DNA of 63,665 nt, counting the filler, from Choristocarpus tenellus KU-1152 (lineage: Eukaryota > Protista > Phaeophyceae): the NCBI GenBank assembly GCA_964200185.2. It is 8 parts of 8 records of this genome, joined end to end, with 100 filler letters (N's around TTAATTAATTAA, not from the genome) between each part and the next. Parts side by side here need not be neighbours in the genome. Positions count along the whole stretch, not along the records: positions 48,043 to 51,430 come from CAXNAD020020373.1; positions 51,531 to 63,665 come from CAXNAD020001961.1; 6 more parts are not named here. One strand, written 5' to 3'. The translations under genes were made by a program, and so were the position numbers. The notes below the pieces were generated by a model, which did no database searches, was not told where the DNA came from, and was given only the letters and a program-made list of their open reading frames with translations. Every line of letters starts with the position of its first letter. Positions within the stretch are counted from its first letter, which is position 1. This document shows positions 50,876 through 63,665 of the stretch, in pieces.

Positions 50876-51317
50876 AGGGCCGAGTCCAGTTGGGGTTCAA
50901 TATCCAACGCTGCGATTTTGATTTTGATGTAAGTTTGGCTATTAGGAATTGTGTTTGTTAGCAAGTGTCGATGCAAGTGTCGATGCAAGTGTCGATGCAA
51001 GTGTCGATGCAAGTGTCGATGCAAGTGTCGATGCAAGTGTCGATGCAAGTGTCGATAACCCTTTTTGTTCCAGACACACCGTTACAATGTAAACATTTTA
51101 ACTATACATTTTAACTATACATTTTAACTATACATTTTAACTATACATTTTAACTATACATTTTAACTAAACATTTTAACTAAACATTTTAACTAACTCA
51201 GAAACGTATCGGAGTAGTATAAAATGTCATTTAAAAAACAACAACATGGGAAGTCAAGCCCCGAACGGACGAACAATACAGGGCAAAAGTCGTGTACATT
51301 CTAAGATACTTTCACTC
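50848..51317 (+). mobile_element. MITE family A copy 7, expanded to 470 bp by internal tandem repeats
   Basis: TIRs and TSD TCT intact. 8 x GCAAGTGTCGAT (50961-51056) and ~8 x ACATTTTAACTA(T/A) (51093-51196). Confidence 0.9.
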
Positions 51318-51530
51318 TCTAATGTACTTTAGAACACATTTAGTCAAAACATATATGCGAGGTATGGCTGGGATTAAGGGTTAGAGTTACCATAAATGAG
51401 ACCCTACTTGTTTGGATACCCCTCCTCCCCNNNNNNNNNNNNNNNNNNNNNNNNNNNNNNNNNNNNNNNNNNNNTTAATTAATTAANNNNNNNNNNNNNN
51501 NNNNNNNNNNNNNNNNNNNNNNNNNNNNNN

Positions 51531-51584
<54 letters not shown>

Positions 51585-51589
51585 GGGGG

Positions 51590-53808
51590 GGGGAACAAGG
51601 AGGGTTATGGGTCATCTGTCGAGGGCCTCATTGGCATGTTTGAGCATCTGAACCCATCAAGTGCTGCTACAACTTCAATATCTGCTGCTTCAGTGAGGGC
51701 ACCTGCAGTTGTGACAGAGAGGGATTCAACATCGGGGTCACAAAGTTTTGGAGGACAGGGAGGACAAGGGGGTGTAGGGTGGCCTTTGAACTTGCAGTCT
51801 GGACAAGAGGTGAAGTTTTTTTGTGCCTTGTATGTAGTTGTTAGAGTGGGTTGACTGGCTCCCCTGCTGGCGGTTCATGCACCTCCTTCCTATCCTTTCT
51901 ATGATCGATGCAGTTGCAATGATTGTTGTTTTAAGAGTGTCGTAGAGTTTGCTGCGCAAGAGCTAACCCTGCTGATAACCCTGCAGTTAAGACATGGAGT
52001 TAGATAAGTAGTATAGCCAGCCCTATGAGGCCTCAGGCTCAGGAATTGCATTGCACTCCAGAGAAGATGTCTTGTGCAGGGACTACAGACTCTTACTCTG
52101 CTCTTGATTTTGATATGCTGAAGTATGGAGTTCACTCTGACGTTTTATATACACCAAACTCTGTATTTTGACTAGGACCCGTTCCTAAAAATGGTAACTT
52201 CCTCCGCTTGTGCCCTTGCTTCTGGTTATCCATTTGATCCACAGAGGGGAAAGTGAAAAATCTTTTTTCCTATGTTCCAGTTACCTTTTTTCACAATTGT
52301 ATCCACTGGATGTTTCTGTTAGAACGATATTTTTCACAGTAAGCATTCTTATGGGTGGAGTTTTGTTTTTCAAAATACGAGATGTGACTGCAACGATGCA
52401 ACAAGAAATTGTTTGGGTTGATAGTAATGAAGCCTCACATTCCCACTTTTAAGTAGTGAGTGAAGGCGAACAAGAATCATCATGCAAGTCTCGTGATGTT
52501 AGGAAGGTGTCTTTTTATTGAAACGGTGTGGTTGGAAAAAAAATATCTGCAATACCACATGTTGAGTTAGATAAGTGCATCCTCAGATCAGTTTGCTTTG
52601 GTGGATTCTAATTGTTGTCTAATTATCCCAAGCTTCCATCTTGCACCTTCCATCCAGCCCATGCAAATGGCACAGCAACATGTAACGTCAGCGCACCAGA
52701 TGGCAGTGCCTAGGTGGCCTCGGGGGGGGATCACCACACCTTCACGCCATGCAGCTGTCCATCCACCTGCTTCCACCACCAGTACTGCCCAAGGGAGCGT
52801 GGCAAACTTGATGGACCTGAGACAGACCTCAACGCTGGCAAGTTGGGTGATGTAGTGGAGGGGACTATTTAGTAATGGGGATCTGAAGTTGGATGTATTG
52901 CCGTTGGTGCATTCCCAGCCCTGCTTGTCATGCTGATATAGTGTGTTTACAAGGTCGTCCTCTTCCATGATCATCCAAGTCTTATTTCCTGCTGACAATT
53001 TCACAGATGCATGTCAGATTTTTCATGTAAAACTGCTTCACTTTACTACTAATCCTTGGCATTCACTGTTCCATTTCCTGGAGATCCAGCAATAAGGAGG
53101 TGGAGGTGTGTGCTGAAACACTTTATCTTCATGATTGCTCGTGATGATTATTACCATTGATGATCACTTTTGATGAGAGCTGTCTTGGGATGAGTAATGA
53201 AAGAGACCCATATATACTCAATACTAAGTGGAATGAGGTGTGAAGCATGAGCTGATTTCAAAGAGGTCCTGCTTGTGAATGCTGACAATGTGAGTACCTT
53301 GACGATAGACTGCTTACCTCTTAACAGTATCACAAACGTTCCCCAACAATAGGTCACGTACCCAACACAGCAAACATTAGGGGGAGGGACCTACACGAAC
53401 TCACTAGGTAAGTCAGTTGCTCAGCAACCGCAGGCATTCCAGGCACCCATAATGATGTCACAGCAGCCTCAAGGGGGGAATCCTTACGCAACTCAACAGT
53501 TACAAAATCAGCAGCAGCAGCAGCAGCAGTGGCTACATGCCACACCATCCCACGAATCTCAAGGACGAGATATGGGCACTCAAAGGTCTGCGGAGAGTGC
53601 TGACCCATTCGCCGCCCTGGATCAGCCAAATCTGGGAGATCACGGGCAGAGTCGCGGACAAAGCCAGATGCAGATGCAAGGGATGGGTGTAAGGCTGGTT
53701 GGTCAAGGACAAGGGGCGGGAAGCGTTCTGCAGCACATAAGTCAACAGTCACATCACCAAAGCCAACAATCACATCAATGGCCCCCGCCTCAGGGCAGTA
53801 GCTGGTAG
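51590..53808 (+). CDS. C-terminal exons of a Gly/Gln-rich low-complexity protein with NPY/DPF motifs (possible endocytic/trafficking adaptor)
   Basis: Exons ~51590-51809, 52658-52837 (or 52846) and 53434-53808 join in phase 0. Motifs GGNPYA, ADPFAALD and polyQ; stop at 53808. Confidence 0.6.
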
Positions 53809-56800
53809 TGAGGGTTTCTTGTCTAACCTAATGTATAGCAACACACACTGTTTGTGTGATTCATGGAATGTAGCTCAAGGAATGGACTAAGAACGAAGGT
53901 GACATGGATTGATTACATGCACACACCAATGCAGCAAGATGTGCAGGGGTCGCTTGACTTCACAATTTTTCAGTGTAGGGCTGCCTCCCATTGGTGATCG
54001 TCATGACTGGGTGATGCTACTATCACCAGGAAAATCTTGGCTTGACTTTTTTGGGGGGGGCGTACATACTTAAATCCCATTATGTTGCATGCAGGGGATA
54101 ACCTGAGTACCTTGCATCATTCAGAATAATCAGGATATTGTCGATGTCTTGCAGAGTAGGAAAATTTGCTTATGAGGTAGTGGTAGTAGCTATGCATTAG
54201 ATCGAGTGCAGTACTATGGCTGTTGATAAGAAATTGGGCACTGCCTATCCACCCACAAATGATCCAGATCCCGTTTGGGGTGCAGGATGTGGGTCTGGGT
54301 GTGAAGATTCCAGCATTTAGTCTAAGATTTGTGCCAGGGAGCCTACAAGCCACAATTTCTGTCAGCAGAAATTGTCGGGATTCATTCCTTGGTAAGATAT
54401 TCTATCCACTTGTTCGGTTATCTATTTATAATTTCTTCTGTTGCAGGGACCAAACAAAGAGTTGATATGTCACAGGTATCAAATGCAAGTGAGTGTGGAT
54501 AGGAGTGGTGTATTGCTCGCTTTCAAGTGCTATTAGGCACCTAGGCGTTATAGCAGGGGATGTTATCAAGTCAACATTATGTTATCCAGGAAAAGAGCTC
54601 TTCAAAATTAAGAATTGGATGAGCTTCGTACAGCAGATATCATACATCGAAGTTTTGGGTGAAGGCATGGAAAGGTGTACATACATAGAGTCTTGGGTAT
54701 GATCATGGTGTAGGAACCATCAATTTCTTGCCTGTGTACACTGGAAGTTTCATTTGTTCAGTCAATAGTTTTATAGTTCTTAAAAGTAACAATAGTAATG
54801 CAGGATAGTTGAAGTCTAAATTTCGATATCCTGTGTACTTAATGTGTGTGGTACTCATACCTCATAATCGTTTAAAGGAATATATATTATGTGCATGTAG
54901 TTGTCTTACTGGCAATTGACCACATTCAGGGTGCCATGGAAACCTTGGGAAGTCTCAACCGTCAATCTCACCTTCTTGATAACTCTTGGGCAAGATATCA
55001 TTCATCACTGGTTTGGAATTTTCTTTATTCTTTTAACAATGCGGGTGTACATCGTATGTGTTACCCATGGGTTGCATGTTGATGGCATTCTCTTTCCGCT
55101 CTTAGTTGTTGACTAAGTGATCTTCCTACTATGTTTGTTGGCCCTGAGGATGTCCCTCCACCCAAATTTCTGCGAGTGGAATTCTATGAGTACAACCCCA
55201 AATAAACCTCATGCAAACCAAGCCAACAAGCAACTCCAGCCACTTGACAAGGTCAATGGTCAATATGCAGTAGCTCACTTAATAGTGGTAGCTGCTACAC
55301 ATGCATGCCTTCCACATAGTAAGGGTGTCAAATGTGCAACAAAAAAAGTCTACAGATGATCAGAGTACATCCGCCTCAACGAACGTGTTTGTTTGGAGAA
55401 AGATGTTGTAGTCACAACTCCAAACAAATGCTGCATATAACAAGAATGATGGCTGAAGCACATACCCCCATATTCTTAGAGGGTCTGCCCCAACATCACC
55501 TCTGCACAAGTGGCTTACATGGTATAGGAGGATTAGTCCACTTTTTGGTTGTTGAAATTATTTGACTCCGGTACATTACGTGGCGATTGAAGTGATATCT
55601 TGTTAGGTGAGAGAGCTCTATGTGTGTGATCTATAGCTTTTTTTTGTCATCTCATTTGGTGACACAATGCCAGCATCATGCTACCTCATCCTTGTTGTCT
55701 TCAATTTGGTCTGGGGGCTATTCCTACCCATGGTCAGAGGTACAACACACTGTTCTACCGTTCATTCTAACTACTACCACTACTGTAAATTATTTTATTG
55801 GATATTATACTTCGACTAATTGTACCGCCTCTGTTCCTGACTTGCTTCTTGCGCATTGGATCAGCACTCCAATTATTACCACTCGTCACTCCATTGCCTC
55901 CCTTGAAATCTTGTGCTGGATCCACCTTGATATTTCCACCTCGATATTGGTCCGGCATTTTTTGGTGTAGCCATGAGGATATAGATAGAGAGGACATTAT
56001 CAATATGACAGGCATACAATTGATTTGTGCTTGCCACGTGGAATTTGGATCTTCAAAAATCAGATTTTCCAGAAAAGAATCTGAAGCCAACTGTGACGAC
56101 ATGTACAGCCACTTAGATTACATCTTTCCGCAGGATGAGTCAGAGTGGGGGTGGTCACCAAGGGCTCACCAAGAGCTCGTCATGAAAAGTAAGAGGCCCT
56201 GTTGAACATGTCAAAAGTCAGCAATTGTTAAGCAATACCCCAATGCGGGTCAAAACGGAGAAATCTTACATACAGAAACGACTCGTTATGACTTCTTGAC
56301 ACCTAGGTCTACAGTACGACCTCGTCCCTCCTCTAATGTAGAACGTTTTTGGCGAGTGTACACATTATCATCATTGCTAATATCACCTCCAAAAATGGTT
56401 TTGAAATTTGTTAGCAGGCGCAACAATCTGTCACACTCGCTAAAAGGGTAAGTGTTTTACAGTAGCTGGAAATTAGCATGCAAAGCAGATTGTTGCGCCC
56501 ACTTACCAATATCGCGTTTGGAGTGGTGATTATTTACGACTGTGTAACGCACCATCTACAGTAGGCTATTTTCTCCAAACACAAATGTCACCTACGAGAG
56601 GGACCCAAAACCGGTCTCTACTGGGCACAACACACAACATGCTCAATTTCCGGCAGCAGGTATCCTACTATCTACTGAAATCCCTAACCCTATTACTATC
56701 AATATTACTATACTATTATGCCCTCTGACATTTTGCTGGACATTGAGCATGTTGTGGAATAAAAACCTTCTGAGTGTATCATTGCGTTTAACTTGCTAAG

Positions 56801-57804
56801 CGTAGGCAATTTAAACTGTTCGTTCAGAATAATTATGACAATGTGTACACTCACTAAAAATGCACTAAGACCAAATGTGATGATGTGTATACAAAGCTAA
56901 AATTATATCCTCCCAAAAGAATGAGTCAGAGTAGGGAAATTAACATCGAAATCCTCGTGAAGAGAAGCCCCAGTTGGACATTTATATGACAGCAATCCTT
57001 CAAGCAAACCTCTAGTGCGGATTAAAACTTCCATACGGCATTTGATGCACCAACACTGACTTCCTAGGACATGCTGACATACCCATATCCACAACACGAC
57101 TTCACCCCTCCACTACTTCAGCAACTTCAATTTTAGCAAATATACACATCTGCACCCTTGCTAGAAACACCTTCAAAAATCATATATTTTTATGCAGTCA
57201 TAATTATCTGTCTCACTCGCTAAAATGAAAATTATTTTAGACCATCATGGTTGGATGCCTTTGAAGATATATGTATACGTACGCATACTTCTGAACAGTG
57301 GATCTTGTTGTTGTGTTATCGGAAACTTAGCTACATACATACTACATTGTTCAGTATAAACCTGAGGAAGACCTCTGAATATTTTCTGTTCAGTCGATCA
57401 GATGCCGATGTGTTTAGTAGAGGAAGGAAATATCACAACAGCATGAGAAGAGAGAAAATTACCTTATTTTGTTCAAGCAGTTGGAATAGCCAGCAGGGGT
57501 GGGGCGAGTCAATTAAACACCAAGACTGGAGGGGGGAGAGGAGTTGTTGGGCAGGTCGGAATGTGATGCAAGTACCATGATTGCCTGAGTATGAAAGGTG
57601 AGGGGAGGTTTTTGTATATATGATCAGACTGGATGGAAGGCTCTGCTTTATATTCCATGCATGATAGCTCACCAGAAGTTCATTTGACCGAAGAAGCCAG
57701 TTCACAAAAACAATTACAACTCTACGCACAGTGCCTACCTGAACAATACACATGAACGGAATTACATTCTCAATCCGCCATTAGAGGACTTGGTGATAGA
57801 AAAT

Positions 57805-58063
57805 GAGTAAAATTATCTTAGAGGGTAGAGCCACGTCCATTTGGGGGCCGAAATCCAATGTTGCAATTTTGATGTAATATTGGCTATCGTGTTTGTTAGG
57901 AGATGTCAATATCCTTGTTCCGGACGTACCCTTTCATAACGTGAACATTTTGCCCACTCCAAAAATATTTGGAGTAGGTAAAATGTCATTAAAAACCGGT
58001 GGGAAGCCAAGCCCCAAATGAACAAAAAGGGAAAACCTCGTACCCTCTAAGATACTTTCACTC
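57805..58063 (+). mobile_element. MITE family A copy 8
   Basis: GAGTAAAATTATCTTAGAGGGTA ... TACCCTCTAAGATACTTTCACTC; TSD AAT. Confidence 0.92.
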
Positions 58064-59315
58064 AATACTATATTTATTGGGGTTTTTTCGATGTAGGTAT
58101 TACTGGTACCGACATCTCGAGTACTTGACACCAGAACTGGGGAACCACTTATCACAGGGAAACAGTGTGGCAGACTTACAGAGAATAGGGTCACAATCCC
58201 CACCACATAAGTGACTGGGCTTCCACTATATTTTACATACGCTCGGTCCAATCCCTGGACCCTTACGTCTTCATTCAAAATGTTAACGGTGTCAAGTAAA
58301 TTTGAAATAAGCTAGTTCATCAATGCAAATAAACGTGGTACAATATAGAAGTACAACAAGACACAAATCAAAGGACGATTCACAATATAATGTACAATTT
58401 TCTACTAGTAGTGTTGTCCTTTCTGAATGAATGCATTTACCATTAATAGTAGTATCTAAAGTCCAGAGAATGTCCTCAGTCCAGATAGAGGGTAAGATCC
58501 TCACCTTACTAATACTCGAACAAATTATTAGCCCATGTTATCTAGTAAAGCATCCTACTATTAATGGTATGAGACTTCTCTTTCCGGTGGTAAGGTGTCC
58601 TGTTTGGACTACTGGGTGTATGGAAATGCCCAGGAGGAGGGCAAAGTAAGAGAGAGTACTATCTCCACAATAGCCGACCAATGATGTGAAGAACACCGCC
58701 TCCTCTATTACTGTAGGGATCTACTGTATTTTGTTTGATTGAATGCCAAAATCCCTCAAGCCAATTTGCTCAGAGACACCCAGTCAGACCACCCTTGTGA
58801 AGTTTAGAGAGGAGTGCAAAATGCTGGTCGCCGTTTATCTCTTCCGTGCCGTGCCCTTTAAATGTGCGCAGCAAATAAAAGGCGATACGTAATTGAATGC
58901 ACATTTTTTTTTTTAAGCTACAATTAATGTACTCTATTCCATAAAACAAAATCGTGCTGCACCTCTACGTTGAATATGTTCATCATACAACCAACAACTA
59001 GGTGTACAGAAGAGTAGCTCCATAAAACAAATATACCGTAGACCAATTGTCGCTTCCAGATTTTCACACAAGACATTCTTCAGACACCAAGGCAAGCACC
59101 AAAACAAAAACTCAAGTCCAAGATAGAAAAATAAATTTACCATCAATGTACGTAGCGCTACGGAAGACGCAAGACCAGTACCAGGTGAATAATTTGTTCA
59201 AGTCTTCCTGCGTCGCCATGTTGGCAGCCTGACTTGAACTCACCATGACTCACACCACAAAACATTCAGGTATTCCAAAGATTGACAATAGCCACCTCCA
59301 CAAGAAGAGCAAAGA

Positions 59316-62300
59316 CTATACACCAGCAACTGTGGTAGACCTAAGCTTAAACTCTAAAGCAGGAACCTCCCCTATGGCTGCACCTGACAACAATAACCCC
59401 TCAGTCACAATGGCAATAACCATTGCACAATTGAACAGGATCAAAACCCACTCAAATGCGTCCTGGCCTTGCTTGTGCTCATCTGATACATCCACCCGAA
59501 GGAGAAGAGCTAAGTACATGCTAGCCAGCACAACAACTTGCCCAATACGATATAGCCACTTGTCTATAGGATTACTGTGCGGACTCAATACCTCTGACAC
59601 AAGCTGGAACGCAAATGCAAGGCCCACTGTCGCAGCAATTTGAGCCGCACTATCGGGGTATATAAAAACAACTAAACCTGTAAGCATGACTCGCCGAAAG
59701 CACTCCACCAACTCATAGTAAAAAACCTTCGGCTTGTATGGCCCCCACAGGTCTGAAAATGCCTTTAGACGAACGTTCTCTCCCCGATCCACACCATGAC
59801 TCCTCAAAGCATGCCGGTGTCGAAAAAGTAGTACTCCGTACAGAAAAGGGATCCCTATGGGATAGACAAGTATCATAACACCGGCATAGATCTTAAACAT
59901 CAAGTGCCTGTTAGTGTTGCATGACAAGCTATAGTCAGCCCGAAGAAGACTCCTTCCATCATCAAGGTCATCACAAGCAAAGGTGAGGAAAACTGTGGAC
60001 GACACTGATGAATATATCAGAAACGTCAGCAAGAGGGCCATGGACATGTGCTTCTGATTAACAATCACCATAGCAGATGCAGACTTGCCATGTATCAAAC
60101 GGGAGATTGAATAGGTCGCAAGTAATGCCACCATCACTACCAATGGTCCAATCGTGGAGGTGAGGAGACGATTATAGAAACCAAAGACGATATCAATGCA
60201 TCCAATGGAGAAAATGATTCCGATGTCCAGGTTGAAAAAATCAACTACTCCAATGAAGTGCTGATACACCCCAGGGTATACCACGCCAGCCACGGTTGTG
60301 AACTGTGAAGTGGGCACAACATGAAACGTCAAGAGGCAAAAGTTCACTTGGAACAAGCGTGTAGTTGAGAAGGGATACTACTCACAAGCAAAGGGACGAA
60401 AAAAAAAGCCACCTAAAGTAATACCGTCTCTTTTGGCTCAAGGTCGTGTTAATACAAGCATTACAAGTATATAGGCTGTGTTTTGACGGTTGCGATAATG
60501 TGTTTATTAGATACTACTAGCAGTGCCCCTCCTGTCTTTGCTGACAAATTAACCCAAGACAAGATCTCCCCGACTGGCACATCAGGTGACCTAATCATTT
60601 TTGTGTCTTGTGTTGGGTTTCGTGACTGTTACTTATTGGTCATCACCATCAAACTATACCCTCCACAATTACAGAATGTCAAATTCGTTAGCAACATTAC
60701 TTCAACAAGTCAATGATGGCTGCCAAACTCACAGATTCAACAGTAGGCGCACTCACCCGATATGTTAATATTAATCCACAACTTTTTTCAACCCATTTCA
60801 TTAACGGTAGAACACTGTGATCCAATAACCCAAACCAATCATCTCAAAACATGGTTCCCACACTGTGCTACATTCAAAACATTCCTAACTAAGGATTCAC
60901 TTTCACTATCTCAGCTGCCCATCACGGAACTTCAATATCCTCAACCTCCATTCCATACACTTTGCATTCACAAAAGATAAGCAAGGATTAACCCACCTAC
61001 CCAGGAGTATTTGCTATGGATTGACTCAATTACACTACCCGAGTGATGAGGTGATCGCGTGCATATTAATAGTAGCAATTCTAAATTGGGACTTTAAAAG
61101 GTAAAACGTTATCCACATCATTTGTGGGCGGTTCGCAAAGTTCTTGCATACGCGTATGATCTTAGAAGAAAAAACAACAAAAAAGTGAACGTACAATCCC
61201 ATCCATACCTGACTAATGATCTGCCAGACGACCACAACAATCTTCAAGGCACGAAATGGAATTCTTTCTCTTATGCGCCCAATCCATGTGCGCCTTGGTG
61301 GTGAGGCAGAATTATCATCGGCGGACAGGAGGTATGTGATGACGACAGCAACGCCTATTGTTGCAAAAGCCAATATAATGCCTGCCATAGCCTGAGCTTT
61401 AGTCTTGCTCCCACCTGTACATTGACGGCAGCTGTATACCAAGTATGGGGCATAACCCTCACTGCATACAGTACAATCTGGAAGTTTACAAGCAGATATT
61501 CAGGGTCACAGAAAGTATAGCACCTTCAGCAATTAAGTCCTATCTCATCTGCATGTGTACAGATTTGACAATAAGCACCCTTAAAATATATCGTAGAGTG
61601 TGCTTCAAAAAGAGGACCAGGCATTTTTTCCGGGGCACACCTACGTAACTAACCCACTTGCCCAGGGACAAAACATTGTAAGAAGCAGGCGTAGCTCACA
61701 TGGGCCCGTATACCCTGGAGCACAGTATTCTTCAGTATCAACCCCGCCCAAGCATGCATCCTTGTTGTAGCAACCCAAGATTGTTACACTGGTGTTTGAT
61801 GTACGCCAGTATCCCTTCTCCAATGCCAGAGTTGCAACGGTGACACCAGGCTGAGGACTGATTGTATTGTCCAAGGGCACTTCACAGGTTGGCACCTTCG
61901 CGTTAAGCACTGTGCAGTTGTTTGAAGGTTCACATGAAGATGAACATCTCGCACAGACCGTGCCATAACGATCGCTCGAATCGTGCACCTGCCAGTTGAA
62001 ATATTATATTTGATGACGTTGTATGCTAGTAATGTTGTTCTTTCCTTGCAATTCGCCAAAGGTGTGCAATGCTGGTTTTGCCGTTCTTGAGAGAATAGAA
62101 CCACGCCGCAGTATGTCGTTCCAGTGAAGTTTAGTTTGCAAAAACACAACCTTGGGGCGCTGACCTTGATGGATATAGCTCTAGTGTGCTTATGTTGGGA
62201 ATAGCTGCGTCAGAATTTTGAACAACTTCATCGCACAATGATATACAGCATGTTTTGCGTAGAAATTTGTATCTATTTTAAGACAGATAAAGTGGTTGCA

Positions 62301-63157
62301 GTGAGGTAAAGCCTTGCAATCTCACACGTGCAAGAAAAGTACTTCCTACAAAGTGAAGGATGCCCATCAACCACAAAATGGAAAATATGGACAACTTCAA
62401 TCTATACACGAGTCCAATTATGGTGGACAGCCAAGCATCAGTCTGCTAATTTGCACATGGCTGCTGTATCAGGTGAGGAAAAAATGTTCAATTTTTTTTT
62501 TCGGTCAACAACCCTTACCTCTTCCTCCATAAGGTATAATCCTTCGTGGCAATGAAATGTGTTCTCCTCAAAACTGATGTATTGCATGAAATCGATGGTC
62601 CCAATGTTGAGTATGGCGGGTCCTTCATCCATGGCCTTGTTCCTCACAAATGTGCTATTGGAGAGGGTCTTCAAAGCACCGAAGTTGGCAATTGCACCTC
62701 CAGCAGAACCTGGAATTAAAACCACCAGGTGGAGGTGGCAGTTGGAGTAGGGCTTTACAGTAGAGAAGGTTGGATGGTAAGAGTTGCACTCCCACATTTT
62801 GATTAGGATTATATTCCTTCCACCGACCGTTCCAATATAAAGTCGGCACACCTGCAAAATTATTGGAGAACGTTGAGCCATAGATGATGTCAAAGCCTCC
62901 AAAAGTGTAGACGGCCCCGCCATCCGTCAACGCATAATTCATGTCAAACAGACACTCAGCATACTCAGCATGGTTGGCATCAACCGTTGCGGTTGCTGCC
63001 CCTAGTTTTGCTACATTTGATGAAAATAGTGCTCCCTTGATCTCAACAGAGGAAGCAGAACAGTACAGAGCCCCACCATACAAGTCCGCACTATTGCTAG
63101 TGAAGCTTGTCCCAGGAAAAACGCGAAGTGAAAATACATCAAGTGCGGAAATGGCAC
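59316..63157 (-). CDS. Polymorphic-membrane-protein (GGA[I/L/V]..FxxN) beta-helix repeat + Cys-rich + multi-pass TM protein, 5'-partial
   Basis: Exons 62852-63157, 62519-62709, 61700-61988, 61209-61477 and 59316-60302 have consistent phases. FTSNSADLYGGAL, DGGAVY and GGAIAN repeats; GYWR...CLGG...CAPGYTGPYCTVCSEGY; TM region with FACDDLDDGRSLLRADYSLSC and YKPKVFYYELVECFRR. Confidence 0.9.
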
Positions 63158-63474
63158 CTGTGGCGATCGAAGAGATGGCATCTGTCTTAGCGAAGTATGT
63201 TGTATAATATATAGTGGCCAGAGAAAGCAGCACTTCTCTGAAAAGTTCGAACTCGGTAACAGGGGCATGAATCACACTGTACTTTTCATCCACGACAAAG
63301 TTTCTAATCCCCTACGTGAACAGATACTGGCATACTGGTAGGATTTCATGTATCATGATGCAGATCATGAACGTCTCTTCCACATAACTTACATATCAAC
63401 AAAATGGAACTGAAAAGAGGAGAGGGCACAAAAACTTTACTAAACAGTTCTAGCATGCTTGACCTCGGAGGAGA

Positions 63475-63655
63475 GGCTCAAAGTATCTGGGGGGGGGTGG
63501 CGGCGGCTGTCCATTTGGGGCCAATTTTTTCATGTCGCAATTTTTGGGTGATTTGGTTCCATAAGTTGGATGGATAATGAATGAAGTGCAATTTTCCTGG
63601 TTTTGACCCAAATTGACACCCTGGTGTAGACCCCCCCACCCCCCCCCCACCCACA
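63475..63655 (+). mobile_element. MITE family B copy (right end degenerate or at window edge)
   Basis: GGCTCAAAGTATCTGGGGGGGGTGGCGG...GACACCCTGGTGTAGACCCCCC. Confidence 0.87.
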
Positions 63656-63665
63656 CGTATCGCTG

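Noticed and set aside
50782-51048. ORF with HRHL repeats
   Set aside because: It is a translation of a 12-bp tandem expansion inside a MITE.
54900-55570. Possible Copia integrase remnant (PPQR...ER...RMMAEA)
   Set aside because: Similarity is too faint to support without a translated search.

Overview
This is eukaryotic nuclear DNA, not a prokaryotic locus. Eight separate contigs (1-3881, 3982-11155, 11256-19519, 19620-33239, 33340-42435, 42536-47942, 48043-51430, 51531-63665) are joined by artificial 100-nt N/TTAATTAATTAA/N spacers, so adjacency across spacers is meaningless. Gene content points to a photosynthetic stramenopile, most likely a brown alga or close relative (inference). Most six-frame ORFs are noise; the real genes are intron-rich and were rebuilt here by splice-site and phase analysis. 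They are: an IQ-repeat ASPM-like fragment; a Kelch + Cys-rich (GCC2/GCC3-like) + EGF + Calx-beta surface protein (9 exons, one clear GC-AG intron); CCB3 (YGGT); TAF1 exons; a Gln-rich NPY/DPF C-terminus; and a polymorphic-membrane-protein-repeat multi-TM protein. Decayed Gypsy, Copia and non-LTR retroelements are also present. Two related MITE families (8 + 7 copies or fragments) share a TIR core and make 3-bp TSDs. The most striking structure is a tandem array of ~650-670 bp units at 42536-45265. Each unit carries one symmetric phase-1 LRR exon (72 nt, 24 aa; one copy is 74 nt and frameshifted) inside conserved intron sequence. The units show an ABAB higher-order pattern and vary at the solvent-exposed LRR positions, making this a candidate exon-cassette diversification (immune-like) system.
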